A stretch of 64,000 nucleotides of DNA from an uncultured Acidobacteriota bacterium (GCA_963700145.1 OY969474.1:2528001-2592000), one strand, 5' to 3'. Counted from the stretch's first letter, positions 28,740 through 38,327 are shown. Notes: a model not told the origin generated them from the sequence alone. A program made the numbers and translations.

Positions 28740-28746
28740 CAGCGGC

Positions 28747-29205
28747 TTAAAGCTGCTGGTAGTCCGTGAGCTGTAGGACACGCAGGCTCGATAGCGAAGG
28801 GAGCCGGCGGTCGTTGGCGAGAAAGGCGGTGCAGCCGGTCGCGAGCGCCGCCGCGAGCTGTAGGGCGTCGGGTGTGCGGAGGCGGTGCTGGGCGCGCAGC
28901 TCGGCTGCGAGGCGCAATAGCGGTAGGTCTATGGGGACGAGCGCAAGGCCGCGGCTTGCGGTAAGCAGTTCTTCGTAGCGCGTGGCGAGCGTGGCGTCAC
29001 CGGCGCGCAACGGCTTCACGAGCGTTTCGAGCAGGGTGACAGCGGAGGTCACGCCCTGAAGCCGACCTTGGTCGATCGCCTCGAAGACCGGTCTGACGAC
29101 GGGCCGATAATCCGCATGTCGTTCGATGAAGTAGATGAAGATCGCGGCGTCGAGCCCGACCGGTCCTGGCCCCAAGGTCGCCAGGAGATCGGCTACTCGT
29201 CCCAC
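28747..29205 (-). CDS. vapC: VapC-family PIN toxin
   Basis: GLDAAIFIY, SAVTLLE, LRTPDALQLA, ANDRRL; GTG start overlaps the antitoxin. Confidence 0.88.
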   Translation of the reverse strand: MGRVADLLATLGPGPVGLDAAIFIYFIERHADYRPVVRPVFEAIDQGRLQGVTSAVTLLETLVKPLRAGDATLATRYEELLTASRGLALVPIDLPLLRLAAELRAQHRLRTPDALQLAAALATGCTAFLANDRRLPSLSSLRVLQLTDYQQL

Positions 29206-29426
29206 GAAGCGCGCTCTTCCTCGATGTAGGCGGCCGCGTCGATTCCTTCCCAGATCTCCTTGCCAAGCCCCTCGAGCTCCATGATCGAGTGCTTTGCGCC
29301 CTTCCGCGTGCCGGTCTCCAGCAGATAGATGATCTCCTGCGCCACGGAGCGTCGGTCGCGGCGCGCCCGGTCCTGGAGCTCGGCGTACAGCTCGTCCGGG
29401 AAGTTCTTGATGTTCAGCACCGCCAT
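29193..29426 (-). CDS. Arc/FitA-like ribbon-helix-helix antitoxin
   Basis: MAVLNIKNFPDELY...RRSVAQE; LEGLGKEIW. Confidence 0.85.
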   Translation of the reverse strand: MAVLNIKNFPDELYAELQDRARRDRRSVAQEIIYLLETGTRKGAKHSIMELEGLGKEIWEGIDAAAYIEEERASWDE

Positions 29427-29480
29427 GGCTATCCTCCGTAGTTCCTCCGTCGTGGAGGAATGGTACCATTACCGGCTCGA

Positions 29481-31418
29481 ATGATCGCCGTCTCAGACCT
29501 CTCCAAGTCGTATGGACAGCAGACCCTCTTCCGCGGGGTCTCGATGCAGCTCACGCCTGGGAATTGCTACGGCCTCGTCGGCGCGAACGGGTCCGGGAAA
29601 TCGACCCTCCTCCGCGTGCTCTCGGGCGAAGAGCCTCCCTCCGAGGGCACCGTCTCGATCCCCAAGCGGCTCAAGATCGGGGTGCTCAAGCAGGACCATT
29701 ACCGCTACGAGGAGATGCCGATCCTCGAGGTGGCGATGATGGGGAACCACGTCGTGTGGGAGGCGATGGTCGAGAAGGAGCGGCTGCTCGCCGATCCGGG
29801 GCACTTCGACGCCGAGCGGTACGCCGAGGTCGAGGACCTGATCCTTCGCCACGACGGTTACACGCTGGAGGCCCGCGCCGCCGAGGTGCTCGAAGGGCTC
29901 GGCATCCCGACCGGGGTGCACCGCGACGCGCTCTCGACGCTCTCGGGCGGGTTCAAGCTGCGCGTCCTCCTCGCCCAGGTGCTCGCAGCCGACCCCGACG
30001 CCCTGCTCCTCGACGAGCCGACCAACCACCTCGACATCCTCTCGATCCGCTGGCTGGAGAAGTTCCTCGGCGAGTTCAAGGGGATGGCGGTCGTGGTCTC
30101 GCACGACCACCGCTTCCTCGACAACGTCTGCACGCACATCGTGGACGTCGACTACGAGACCGCCACGCTCTACCACGGCAACTATGCCGCCTTCACCGCC
30201 GCCAAGGTCGCCGAGCGCGACCGCAAGGAGGCGGCGATCGAGAAGCAGGAGAAGGAGATCGCCGCCCACCAGGCGTTCGTCGACCGCTTCCGCGCCAAGG
30301 CCACCAAGGCGCGGCAGGCGCAGAGCAAGCTGAAGATGATCGACCGCATCAACATCGAGCGGCTGCCGCAGAGCTCGCGCCGCTACCCCAACTTCAAGTT
30401 CAAGCAGGTCCGCCCGAGCGGCCGCCAGGCGCTGGCGCTCGAAGGGATCGACAAGGCCTACGGCGACAACCAGGTCCTCACCGGCGTCTCATTGACCGTC
30501 GAGCGCGGCGACCGCCTGGCGATCATCGGCCCCAACGGCATCGGCAAGTCGACGCTGCTCAAGATCGCGGTCGGCGAGACGCCGGCCGACGCCGGCCGCA
30601 TCGAGTGGGGGTACGAGACCTACCCCGGCTACTTCGCCCAGGACCATCGCGAGATGCTGGGGGAGCGGAAGCAGTCCGTCGAGGCCTGGCTCTGGGAGTC
30701 GGCGCCGGGCGAGCCGATCGGCTTCATCCGCGGCAACCTCGGGCTCGTCCTCTTCTCCGGCGACGAGGCCAAGAAGAGCGTCGGCAACCTCTCGGGCGGC
30801 GAGGCGGCGCGCCTCATCTTCAGCCGCCTTTCGATCACCCGCCCCAACGTCCTGGTGCTCGACGAGCCGACGAACCACCTCGACCTCGAAGCCATCGAGG
30901 CGCTGGTCGAAGGCCTCCACGCCTACGACGGCACCCTCGTCTTCGTCTCCCACGACCGCTGGTTCGTCTCGCAGCTCGCCAACCGCATCCTCGAGATCAC
31001 CCCGGCCGGCATCCAGGACTTCCGCGGCACCTACGAGGAGTACCTCGACCGCCTCGGCGACGACCACCTCGACGCCGACGCCGTGCTGCAGAAGGCGCGG
31101 CGGGCGCAGCGCAAGGCGCGGGCGGCGGCCCGGGGCAACGGCGGCGGCGACGGGCTCGACGACCGCGCCCGCCTGCAGAAGCAGCGCGAGCTGGCCCGCC
31201 GGCGCGACCAGGTCACCGTCTCGGTCGAGAAGGCCGAGGCGCGCATCCACGAGATCAACGAGCTCTTCTGCGACCCCACCTTCTTCGACCGCACCTCGCG
31301 CGACCGGGTGCGCAAGCTCGAGGAGGAGCAGAAGCGCCTCTCCACCGAGGTCAACTCCCTGATGGGCGAATGGGAGACCCTCGAGGAGGAGTTGGCGGAG
31401 CTCGTCCCGCCGTCGTAA
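29481..31418 (+). CDS. ABC-F ribosome-associated ATPase (YbiT/YheS-like) with C-terminal coiled coil
   Basis: Two NBDs (GANGSGKS, GPNGIGKS), two DEPTNHLD, no TMs. Confidence 0.93.
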   Translation: MIAVSDLSKSYGQQTLFRGVSMQLTPGNCYGLVGANGSGKSTLLRVLSGEEPPSEGTVSIPKRLKIGVLKQDHYRYEEMPILEVAMMGNHVVWEAMVEKERLLADPGHFDAERYAEVEDLILRHDGYTLEARAAEVLEGLGIPTGVHRDALSTLSGGFKLRVLLAQVLAADPDALLLDEPTNHLDILSIRWLEKFLGEFKGMAVVVSHDHRFLDNVCTHIVDVDYETATLYHGNYAAFTAAKVAERDRKEAAIEKQEKEIAAHQAFVDRFRAKATKARQAQSKLKMIDRINIERLPQSSRRYPNFKFKQVRPSGRQALALEGIDKAYGDNQVLTGVSLTVERGDRLAIIGPNGIGKSTLLKIAVGETPADAGRIEWGYETYPGYFAQDHREMLGERKQSVEAWLWESAPGEPIGFIRGNLGLVLFSGDEAKKSVGNLSGGEAARLIFSRLSITRPNVLVLDEPTNHLDLEAIEALVEGLHAYDGTLVFVSHDRWFVSQLANRILEITPAGIQDFRGTYEEYLDRLGDDHLDADAVLQKARRAQRKARAAARGNGGGDGLDDRARLQKQRELARRRDQVTVSVEKAEARIHEINELFCDPTFFDRTSRDRVRKLEEEQKRLSTEVNSLMGEWETLEEELAELVPPS

Positions 31419-31447
31419 GCTCCGGGCCTCTCCCCAAGGAGGTCTCG

Positions 31448-32203
31448 ATGACCGATCCGCGGTCCCGCCCGCCGTCCGTCCGCCCCGTCGCGCTGCTGCT
31501 CTGCGCCCTCCTGGCGCTGCTGCCGGCCGCGGCCCAGGCCGCCGCCGCCAAGTCCTCCGTGCCGCTCGGCGCCGACTCCCCCGAGGCCCTGGTCAAGCGC
31601 CTCAAGACGGCGGCCGAGAAACAGGACTTCGCCGAGGTCGCCGCCCTCATGGCGCCGGCCGACCGCGCCATGATGACCATGATGATGGTGCTCGCCGCCT
31701 CGATGATGACCGCCTTCTCGCAGATGGGGAGCGAGATGGCGACCGGCATGGCCGAGGCCTTCCAGGACGAGGAGAGCATGACGGCCGAGGAGAAGGCGAA
31801 GGCCGCCGCCGAGAAGAAGAAGATGGAGGAGCAGAGCGCGGCGGTGGTCAAGAAGCTCGAGGCGGTGCTCGACAAGCACGGCGTCACCGAGCTGATGGAG
31901 AACACGCCGGACCCCGAGCCGGGGAGCGACCCGGCCAAGAACGCCGAGAAGCTGATGGCGAACGTCGATCAGGTGGCGCTCATCACCGATCTCATGGCGA
32001 TCATGAAGGACACCTTCAAGGACGCCGAGAAGGGCGAGGGCGACGGCTCGCCGATGGGCAAGATCCCCAAGGGCGATCTGAAGGACCTCAAGGTGACCGG
32101 CGACACCGCCAGCGGCACGATCGACGGCGAGGCCGTCCACTTCGTCAAGGTGGACGGCCGCTGGTACCTGAAGATGATGGACGAGGAGAAGAAGACGGAG
32201 TAA
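31448..32203 (+). CDS. Secreted hypothetical protein with a Met-rich helix
   Basis: AAGGAGG RBS, signal peptide (PAAAQA), FVKVDGRWYL terminus. Confidence 0.8.
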   Translation: MTDPRSRPPSVRPVALLLCALLALLPAAAQAAAAKSSVPLGADSPEALVKRLKTAAEKQDFAEVAALMAPADRAMMTMMMVLAASMMTAFSQMGSEMATGMAEAFQDEESMTAEEKAKAAAEKKKMEEQSAAVVKKLEAVLDKHGVTELMENTPDPEPGSDPAKNAEKLMANVDQVALITDLMAIMKDTFKDAEKGEGDGSPMGKIPKGDLKDLKVTGDTASGTIDGEAVHFVKVDGRWYLKMMDEEKKTE

Positions 32204-32208
32204 CGCCC

Positions 32209-33654
32209 GTGCCCGCCCTCCGCCGCCACCTCGCCGCGGCGCTCCTGCCCTGCCTCCTCGCCGCGGCCTGCTCGATGAACCCGGCGACGGGCAAGCGCCA
32301 GCTCTCCTTCTTCGGCGAGGAGGCGGAGCTGGCGATGGGGGCCGAGGCCGACGAGGAGATCGTCGCGACCGTCGGCCTCTACGACGACCCCGACGTCGCC
32401 GCCTACGTCGAGGACCTCGGCCGGCGCCTCGCCGCCACCTCCGAGCGCCCCTACCTGCCGTGGAAGTTCAAGGTGCTCGACGACCCGGCGGTCAACGCCT
32501 TCGCCCTGCCCGGCGGCTACGTCTACGTGACGCGCGGCATCCTCACCCACCTCTCCTCCGAGGCCGAGCTGGGCGGCGTCCTCGGCCACGAGATCGGCCA
32601 CGTCACCGCCCGCCACGGCGTCAACCAGATGAGCAAGCAGCTCCTCGTCCAGGCCGGCCTGGTGGCGGCGGTCGTCGTCGAGCCCGAGCTCGAGGACTGG
32701 GGGCTCGTCGCCTCGGCCGGCATGGGGCTCCTCTTCCTCAAGTACGGCCGCGACGACGAGCGGCAGGCCGACGACCTGGGGCTGCGCTACATGACCCGCG
32801 CCGGCCTCGACGGGCGCCTCTTGCCCGAGGTCTTCAGCGTTCTGCAAGGTGTGCAGACGGTCGAGGGGGCCGGGCGCCTCCCGAGCTGGCTCGCCAGCCA
32901 CCCCGACCCGGGGGCGCGCCGGCAGCGCATCGAGGAGCAGCTCGCCGCCGCCGGCCCCGCCGCCGACGGCAGCGTCGTCGGCCGCGACGCCTACCTGGCG
33001 CGGCTCGACGGCATGGTCTTCGGCGAGGACCCACGCGACGGCTACTTCGACGGCAGCGAGTTCCTCCACCCCGGGCTCGCCTTCCGCCTGCGCTTCCCGG
33101 CCGGCTGGGCGACCGCCAACCAGGCGCACGTGGTCTCCGCCGTCTCGCCCGCGCAGGACGTGATGATCCAGGTCTTGCTGGCGCCCGAGGGGACGGCGGC
33201 CGCGGCGGCCGATCGCTTCTTCGCCCAGGACTGGATCGAGCGCGGGGACTCCTGGGACGCGCCGGTGCACGGCCTGCCGGCGGCCTGGACGCGCTTCGAG
33301 GTGCCCGGCGACGCCACGACCGCGGACGACGACCTCGCCGGCCGCATCGCCTTCGTCGCCCACCGCGGCCAGCTCTTCCAGCTCTTCGGCCTGGCGCAGA
33401 CCGAGGCCGACGTCGACGAGATGGAAGCGGCCCTCGCGACCTTCGAGCCGCTCGACGACAAAGCGGCGAGCGCCGTCCGGCCCAAGCACCTGGAGCTGCT
33501 GAGGCTCAGCGAGCCGATGACCCTGGCCCGCTTCCAGGAGCTCCACCCCTCGACCGTGCCGCTGCCGGTCCTCGCCCTCATCAACCACGCCCAGCCCGAA
33601 GAGACGCTGGAGGCCGGGCGGCTGGTCAAGCGGGTGGTGGGCGGCGCGCCGTGA
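32209..33654 (+). CDS. M48-family zinc metalloprotease lipoprotein (BepA/YfgC-like)
   Basis: LAAAC lipobox, NAFALPGG, HEIGH, ERQAD, ASHP. Confidence 0.92.
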   Translation: MPALRRHLAAALLPCLLAAACSMNPATGKRQLSFFGEEAELAMGAEADEEIVATVGLYDDPDVAAYVEDLGRRLAATSERPYLPWKFKVLDDPAVNAFALPGGYVYVTRGILTHLSSEAELGGVLGHEIGHVTARHGVNQMSKQLLVQAGLVAAVVVEPELEDWGLVASAGMGLLFLKYGRDDERQADDLGLRYMTRAGLDGRLLPEVFSVLQGVQTVEGAGRLPSWLASHPDPGARRQRIEEQLAAAGPAADGSVVGRDAYLARLDGMVFGEDPRDGYFDGSEFLHPGLAFRLRFPAGWATANQAHVVSAVSPAQDVMIQVLLAPEGTAAAAADRFFAQDWIERGDSWDAPVHGLPAAWTRFEVPGDATTADDDLAGRIAFVAHRGQLFQLFGLAQTEADVDEMEAALATFEPLDDKAASAVRPKHLELLRLSEPMTLARFQELHPSTVPLPVLALINHAQPEETLEAGRLVKRVVGGAP

Positions 33655-34862
33655 TCGGCCTCTCCGAGGTCGAGGCGGCGCGCGCGGCGCTGCGGGGGAG
33701 CGTCGTCGAGACCCCCTGCCTCCCCTGCCGCGCCCTCGCCGACGACCTCGGCCTCGACGTCTGGCTCAAGTACGAGAACCTCCAGCTCACCGGCTCCTTC
33801 AAGGTACGGGGGGCGCTGCACAAGCTGCGCTCCCTGCCCGCGGACGTCCTCGCCCGCGGCATCGTCGCCGCCTCGGCCGGCAACCACGCGCAGGGGGTGG
33901 CCTACGCCGCCCGCGAGACCGGCGCGCCAGCCACCGTCGTCATGCCGCTGACCGCGCCGCTGGTCAAGATCGCCAACACCGAGCGGCTGGGGGCGCGCGC
34001 CGTCCTCCACGGCGAGACCTTCGACGACGCCTACGCCGAGGCCTGCCGCCTGGCGGCGGCGGAGGGGCTGACCTTCATCCACCCCTTCGAGGACGAGCGG
34101 GTGATCGCCGGCCAGGGGACGATCGGGCTCGAGCTCGTCGAGCAGGTGCCGGAGCTGGGGGCGGTGGTGGTGCCGGTCGGCGGCGGCGGCCTCATCTCGG
34201 GCATCGCCACCGCGGTCAAGGCGCTGCGCCCGGAGGTCAAGGTCTACGGCGTCGCCACCGAGGCGGCGCCCGGCGCGGCCGAGAGCTTCCGCACCGGCAG
34301 CGTCGTCGAGCGCCCGAGCCAGCGGTCGGTCGCCGACGGCATCGCCGTCAAGAAGCTCGGCGAGCTGACCTTCGCGCACATCCGGCGGTCGGTCGACGAT
34401 CTGGTGACGGTCTCCGAGGAGCAGATCCGCAAGACGATCTTCCGCCTCCTCGAAGGGTGCAAGACGCTGGCGGAGGGCGCAGCGGCGGCGGCCGTGGCGG
34501 CGCTCGTCGCGGGGCGGCTGCCGGAGCTGGCGGGGCGGCGGGTGGCGGTCGTCCTCTCGGGTGGCAACATCGACGTCCAGCTCCTCTCGCGGATCATCGA
34601 CCTGTCGCTGGTGCAGAGCCACCGCCTGGTGCGCTTCCGCACCGGCGTCCCCGACCGCCCCGGCTCCCTCGCCGAGCTGCTCAAGGTGATCGCCGCCGGC
34701 GGCGGCAACGTGGTGCGCGTCCAGCACGACCGCGTCTTCAAGCACACCGGCTTCTGGGAAGCGGAGGTCGAGATCACCCTCGAGACCCGCGGCCCGGAGC
34801 ACGTCACCGACCTCCACCGCACCCTCCGCGAGCGCGGCTTCCACGCCGAGGTGCTGCAGTAG
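33651..34862 (+). CDS. ilvA: Threonine ammonia-lyase with C-terminal ACT domain
   Basis: KYENLQLTGSFKVRG, ASAGNHAQG, PVGGGGL, SGGNID, DRPGSL. Confidence 0.95.
   Translation: MIGLSEVEAARAALRGSVVETPCLPCRALADDLGLDVWLKYENLQLTGSFKVRGALHKLRSLPADVLARGIVAASAGNHAQGVAYAARETGAPATVVMPLTAPLVKIANTERLGARAVLHGETFDDAYAEACRLAAAEGLTFIHPFEDERVIAGQGTIGLELVEQVPELGAVVVPVGGGGLISGIATAVKALRPEVKVYGVATEAAPGAAESFRTGSVVERPSQRSVADGIAVKKLGELTFAHIRRSVDDLVTVSEEQIRKTIFRLLEGCKTLAEGAAAAAVAALVAGRLPELAGRRVAVVLSGGNIDVQLLSRIIDLSLVQSHRLVRFRTGVPDRPGSLAELLKVIAAGGGNVVRVQHDRVFKHTGFWEAEVEITLETRGPEHVTDLHRTLRERGFHAEVLQ
34826..34862 (+). repeat. Direct repeat copy 1 (ilvA 3' end, att-like)
   Basis: CCGCGAGCGCGGCTTCCACGCCGAGGTGCTGCAGTAG; 34/37 match to 37755-37791. 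Confidence 0.85.
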
Positions 34863-34864
34863 CG

Positions 34865-35036
34865 CTGAAACGCCCAGCGGCTGCGAGCTCCGCACCCAGC
34901 AGGTGCACAGGACGGGTAGTTCAACGCCCGGTTCAAAGACGAAGACACCGAGGTTAGCGGAAACGGCGCGGTTGGCGGGCGGCTTGCTCCTAAACCATCC
35001 GTCATGTGGCGTCGTCACGTGCCCGGCCATTTCTTT
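34865..35036 (+). promoter_or_regulatory. Degenerate copy of the sigma54 promoter/sRNA module
   Basis: Colinear with 42516-42709; TGGC-N7-TTGC at 34973-34987; AACCATCCGTC retained. Confidence 0.6.
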
Positions 35037-35200
35037 CCTGCCTACAGGCAACGGATCCGATCACAGAGAACTCCAGCCTCTGGTCAGAGCCTTGCGCGAG
35101 CACTGCCGAAGGAATTGTCAGTTGGCTGCGATCAAAATCGCAGACTGGCGCAAGAATTGCCCCGATTCGGCCAACGCTGTAACGCCGGTCTATCGTCCGC

Positions 35201-36088
35201 TTAAGACCTCCTATCGGGTAGAGTCTTGGCTATTCCCACCTTGTTCAAGGCAGCGAGTAGTTTCTTATGGCCACCCTTCTCGAACAAGTTTACCCATTGC
35301 AGGTGCATGAGTCTCTCGGGGACCTCGCACTCTTCGAGCCTCGCAGGAATGATGAAGATAGTGCCAGGAGGTCGCAAGTCAGCGGCGTCAAGGGCTAGCT
35401 TTATCTCCTTTTGCACAAATCCAGTCTTGCTGACCGAGTTGCGGCTAAGGCATACGACGACGACATCTGACTTCTGTAACGCTCTCTCTATCTCCTCTTC
35501 CCAATTCTGTCCCGGCAGAAGATCCACTTCATCGAACCAAGGGTTCATGCCGTCCTTCAGCAATCTCTGATATAGATCCCTGATACGAGTTCTATCGGAG
35601 GAGGAGTAACAAAGAAAAATGACTCGCGATCTCTGCTGCCAACGTGAGTAAAGTTCCTCCGACTGGTTAGCATCAACGAGGTTTGCCTCCTCAGCTTGTG
35701 AAAGAAGCGCACGTAACCGGTCCGGGTGAATATGGCGAAGGTCCCTGTCTGAGGCCCGAAGCCAAGCATCCAACGCCGCTTCCGATACATCCATTTGTAG
35801 GTAGTAAGGCAGGTGATGTTCACCAACCTGCATCGCCATGTGGAGAAGAATGTCCTGAATGGTTTCTGTGGGTTCAAGTTCTAAGGCCAGCAGAGCTCCC
35901 TCTGCCGTGACTGCGTAATCAACTCCCAAAACTCCCTCTTCGCGCTTGACAAGTCCATCCGCTTGAAGAGTATCCAATTGGAGTTGAATCTCTTCGAGCG
36001 ACACGCCAAGTAGATAGCTTAGCCCACCAGGACTGACCCCAAAACGATTATGGAAATATGGGCTGACTCGCGTGTGGACGCCCCACAA
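35201..36088 (-). CDS. TIR-domain protein with N-terminal wHTH-like region
   Basis: IFLCYSSSD...PWFDEVDLLPGQNW...FVQKEI...IIPARLE; low GC; true start may be ATG 36122 with a frameshift. Confidence 0.85.
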   Translation of the reverse strand: MWGVHTRVSPYFHNRFGVSPGGLSYLLGVSLEEIQLQLDTLQADGLVKREEGVLGVDYAVTAEGALLALELEPTETIQDILLHMAMQVGEHHLPYYLQMDVSEAALDAWLRASDRDLRHIHPDRLRALLSQAEEANLVDANQSEELYSRWQQRSRVIFLCYSSSDRTRIRDLYQRLLKDGMNPWFDEVDLLPGQNWEEEIERALQKSDVVVVCLSRNSVSKTGFVQKEIKLALDAADLRPPGTIFIIPARLEECEVPERLMHLQWVNLFEKGGHKKLLAALNKVGIAKTLPDRRS

Positions 36089-36214
36089 GTAAAAGTATCC
36101 TATCTCGCAAAGACGTGCTCATCTCTCCGCACCTATCGATTGTATCGCCCAGCGTTCAGGCGCCAGCTTGATGGTGGCGGTCCGCTCGCTCGAGAGTCAG
36201 GCGGCGTATTCAAT

Positions 36215-36897
36215 TCAGTACCACATGTGCATTGGCAGTCCGGTTGAGTCGAACGCGGGCTCCGCCGGCAGCCGGTTCGCTGTACTCGCCAGCGCGCGCC
36301 GAGTTGTCCAGAGGTTGGCGAACGCGTCGGCAAGATCGTCGGCACCGAAGCGGTTACCGCGGAGAGTCGCTGCCAGCCTTGTGAACTCATTCGAGCCGTA
36401 GAGTTGAGCAATCAGCTCCTGGCGACACTGCTTGCCCGCTGCGCTCTTCTCGCGGTGAACCATCGGGGTGCCCGCCCAAGCGGCAAAGCACAATTCCGGA
36501 TGAACATCAAGCAACCGATGGCGCAACTCAGGATTGGCCTGCAACACACTGTCGATCTCTCGGATCTTCGGGAGAATCGCGAACGTCTGCCGTGAAACCC
36601 GCCGACCATCAACAGTGGCGGTGATGTTGCAGGCTTCCTCCCAGGAGGTTGCGCGAAGCGCAGGTCGGATGGGAGTGGGAAAAACGCTAGCGCAGCGGGG
36701 CCATCCCAGTTTGACGCGTGCCGCTTGATCAGCTCGCCGTGAGCCACGATCAGGAAGACCGATCGGCACGTCGATGGCGGCAAAGTCGTAGTCAAAAGCA
36801 ACCAGCTCCGCTGTAGTCAGCACATAGGCCGAGAGGTGGAGTCGCTGGTGTCCATGACTACTACGACCCATCCGTCCTTACATCCGTCAGAGTCTGC
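36215..36897 (-). pseudogene. DUF429 (RNase H-like predicted nuclease), frameshifted and missing its start
   Basis: AIDVPIGL, VHPELCF, DDLADA; N-terminal DGCKDGWVVV motif (36868-36888) lies in another frame. Confidence 0.75.
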
Positions 36898-37557
36898 TCA
36901 CGATAAACCGAGCGATCCAACCTTGTTTTGGGTGGCGCTTCGAGTCGTCAGGGCCTCGTGATAAACCAACCGTGGGTAGTGGTCCATGAGGTTGATGAAC
37001 TCTCCGCGGTTAGAATCTTCAACAATCCGTCGCATCTTTCGGGCGGTTGGCGTCGAGACGTGGGTTGCGACAGCGTCCCAGTCGAATGACGCGAGCTTCA
37101 CGAGCCAGGACGAGTAACGTTCATGCTTGAGGATTTCGTACAGCAGCTCATAGAAGCTCGTGCCGAACTCATTTCTCTTGCCGTCGCCGCTCGCAAGGAC
37201 CAGTACCGTGGGCGACTTCTGGTGCAGCGCCACCAACCTCCAAATATGACCGATAATTGCGTGGTCGACTCCCCTCTCTCGCCATTGGAGATCGCGAAAG
37301 AGCCGCTGAGTATCGTAGTTGTTCTTCTGGTATTCGGCCCAGACCTTCTCCATCCCTGGCGGTACTCCTCCGGACACGATCTTTGTACTCAGGCCCTTCC
37401 CGCTACCTCCAAGTATGCGGTCAAGATTCCTCACGCTAATTCGAGCGCGATGGTCTGCGATGTTGGAGTCTCGAATTCTAGTAGCCCCTCGCGCACCGCC
37501 CCAGACGTTGCTGTGGTCTACGAATATGTGCACAAACGGCAGGATCTCATGTGCCAT
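36898..37557 (-). CDS. NYN/LabA-like PIN-fold nuclease
   Basis: IFVDHSN, ERGVDHAI, LVLASGDG motifs. Confidence 0.75.
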   Translation of the reverse strand: MAHEILPFVHIFVDHSNVWGGARGATRIRDSNIADHRARISVRNLDRILGGSGKGLSTKIVSGGVPPGMEKVWAEYQKNNYDTQRLFRDLQWRERGVDHAIIGHIWRLVALHQKSPTVLVLASGDGKRNEFGTSFYELLYEILKHERYSSWLVKLASFDWDAVATHVSTPTARKMRRIVEDSNRGEFINLMDHYPRLVYHEALTTRSATQNKVGSLGLS

Positions 37558-37754
37558 AGCCCCTAAAGCTCCTCGATGCCCAGTGTAGCAAGGCCGCCGT
37601 TCCGCCGGCGCCCCCGTTTCGGTGCCCGACCTACGGCTGTCGCGGCGATGGCTGCGGGCGGGAATCGGCCTGGGCGTGGAGGTGGGGGAGGTTCGTTATC
37701 CGGGCGACTTGAGGCCCCGGCGAGCGGCTGCGCGCTGCGGACTCGGCGGCGACA

Positions 37755-37791
37755 CCGCGAGCACGGCTTCCACGCCGAGGTACTGCACTAG
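37755..37791 (+). repeat. Direct repeat copy 2 (orphan ilvA 3' end)
   Basis: CCGCGAGCACGGCTTCCACGCCGAGGTACTGCACTAG. Confidence 0.85.
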
Positions 37792-37822
37792 GAGCTAGAG
37801 GGAGGAGCGCCGTCCCGGACCG

Positions 37823-38046
37823 CTACAAGGCGCTCCGGAATTCCTCGACCGTCAGCCCGGCCTCGCGAATGAGCGCACGGAGCGTCCCCTTGGCGACGCT
37901 CCGATGGCTTGGCACGACCAAGCGTCGATGGGGCTCTTCGACATGCCGGAGGACGACATGGCTCCCCCGCTGGTGGTCAACCTTTATCCGAGACGCTCGA
38001 AGGCGCGGATCGCCTCCGCACCTGAGATGCTAGGGAGCCTGCTCAA
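37823..38046 (-). pseudogene. hicA: HicA toxin, frameshifted
   Basis: LSRLPSISGAEAIRAFERLG, then a 1-nt deletion near 37985; resumes KVDHQRGSHVVL...VPSHRSVAKGTLRALIREAGL. Confidence 0.85.
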
Positions 38047-38253
38047 ACCGACTTCGACGACCTCTTCCTCGATCGGTGGCGGAATCGGCTCACCATGCGC
38101 CTTGAGGCTCTCGAGGTAGGCCTCGATCGCTTCCTGTACGTTGGACAGGGCCTCTCCGCGGGTCATCCCCTGCGAGACGCAGCCTGGGAGAGACGGCACC
38201 TGGGCCACGAAGACCCCGTCTTCGTCGCGCTCGATCAGCACTCGGTATTTCAT
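37984..38253 (-). CDS. hicB: HicB antitoxin (reads through into the hicA N-terminus)
   Basis: MKYRVLIERDEDGVFVAQVPSLPGCVSQG...EAIEAYL. Confidence 0.88.
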   Translation of the reverse strand: MKYRVLIERDEDGVFVAQVPSLPGCVSQGMTRGEALSNVQEAIEAYLESLKAHGEPIPPPIEEEVVEVGLSRLPSISGAEAIRAFERLG

Positions 38254-38327
38254 TCCCCACCTGCCCTTCCGGAGACCAGCAGCCAGTTTACCAGGAGCCA
38301 AGAGGCGGCTGGGGCCGCCGCCGGACC

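Noticed and set aside
34919-34934. LexA box GTTC-N7-GTTC
   Set aside because: Spacing is N8 and the second module copy has GTTG
36130-36214. Integron attC site between the DUF429 and TIR genes
   Set aside because: Only loose GCCTGAC...GCTGGGC ends, no convincing stem and no integrase; IntegronFinder would settle it
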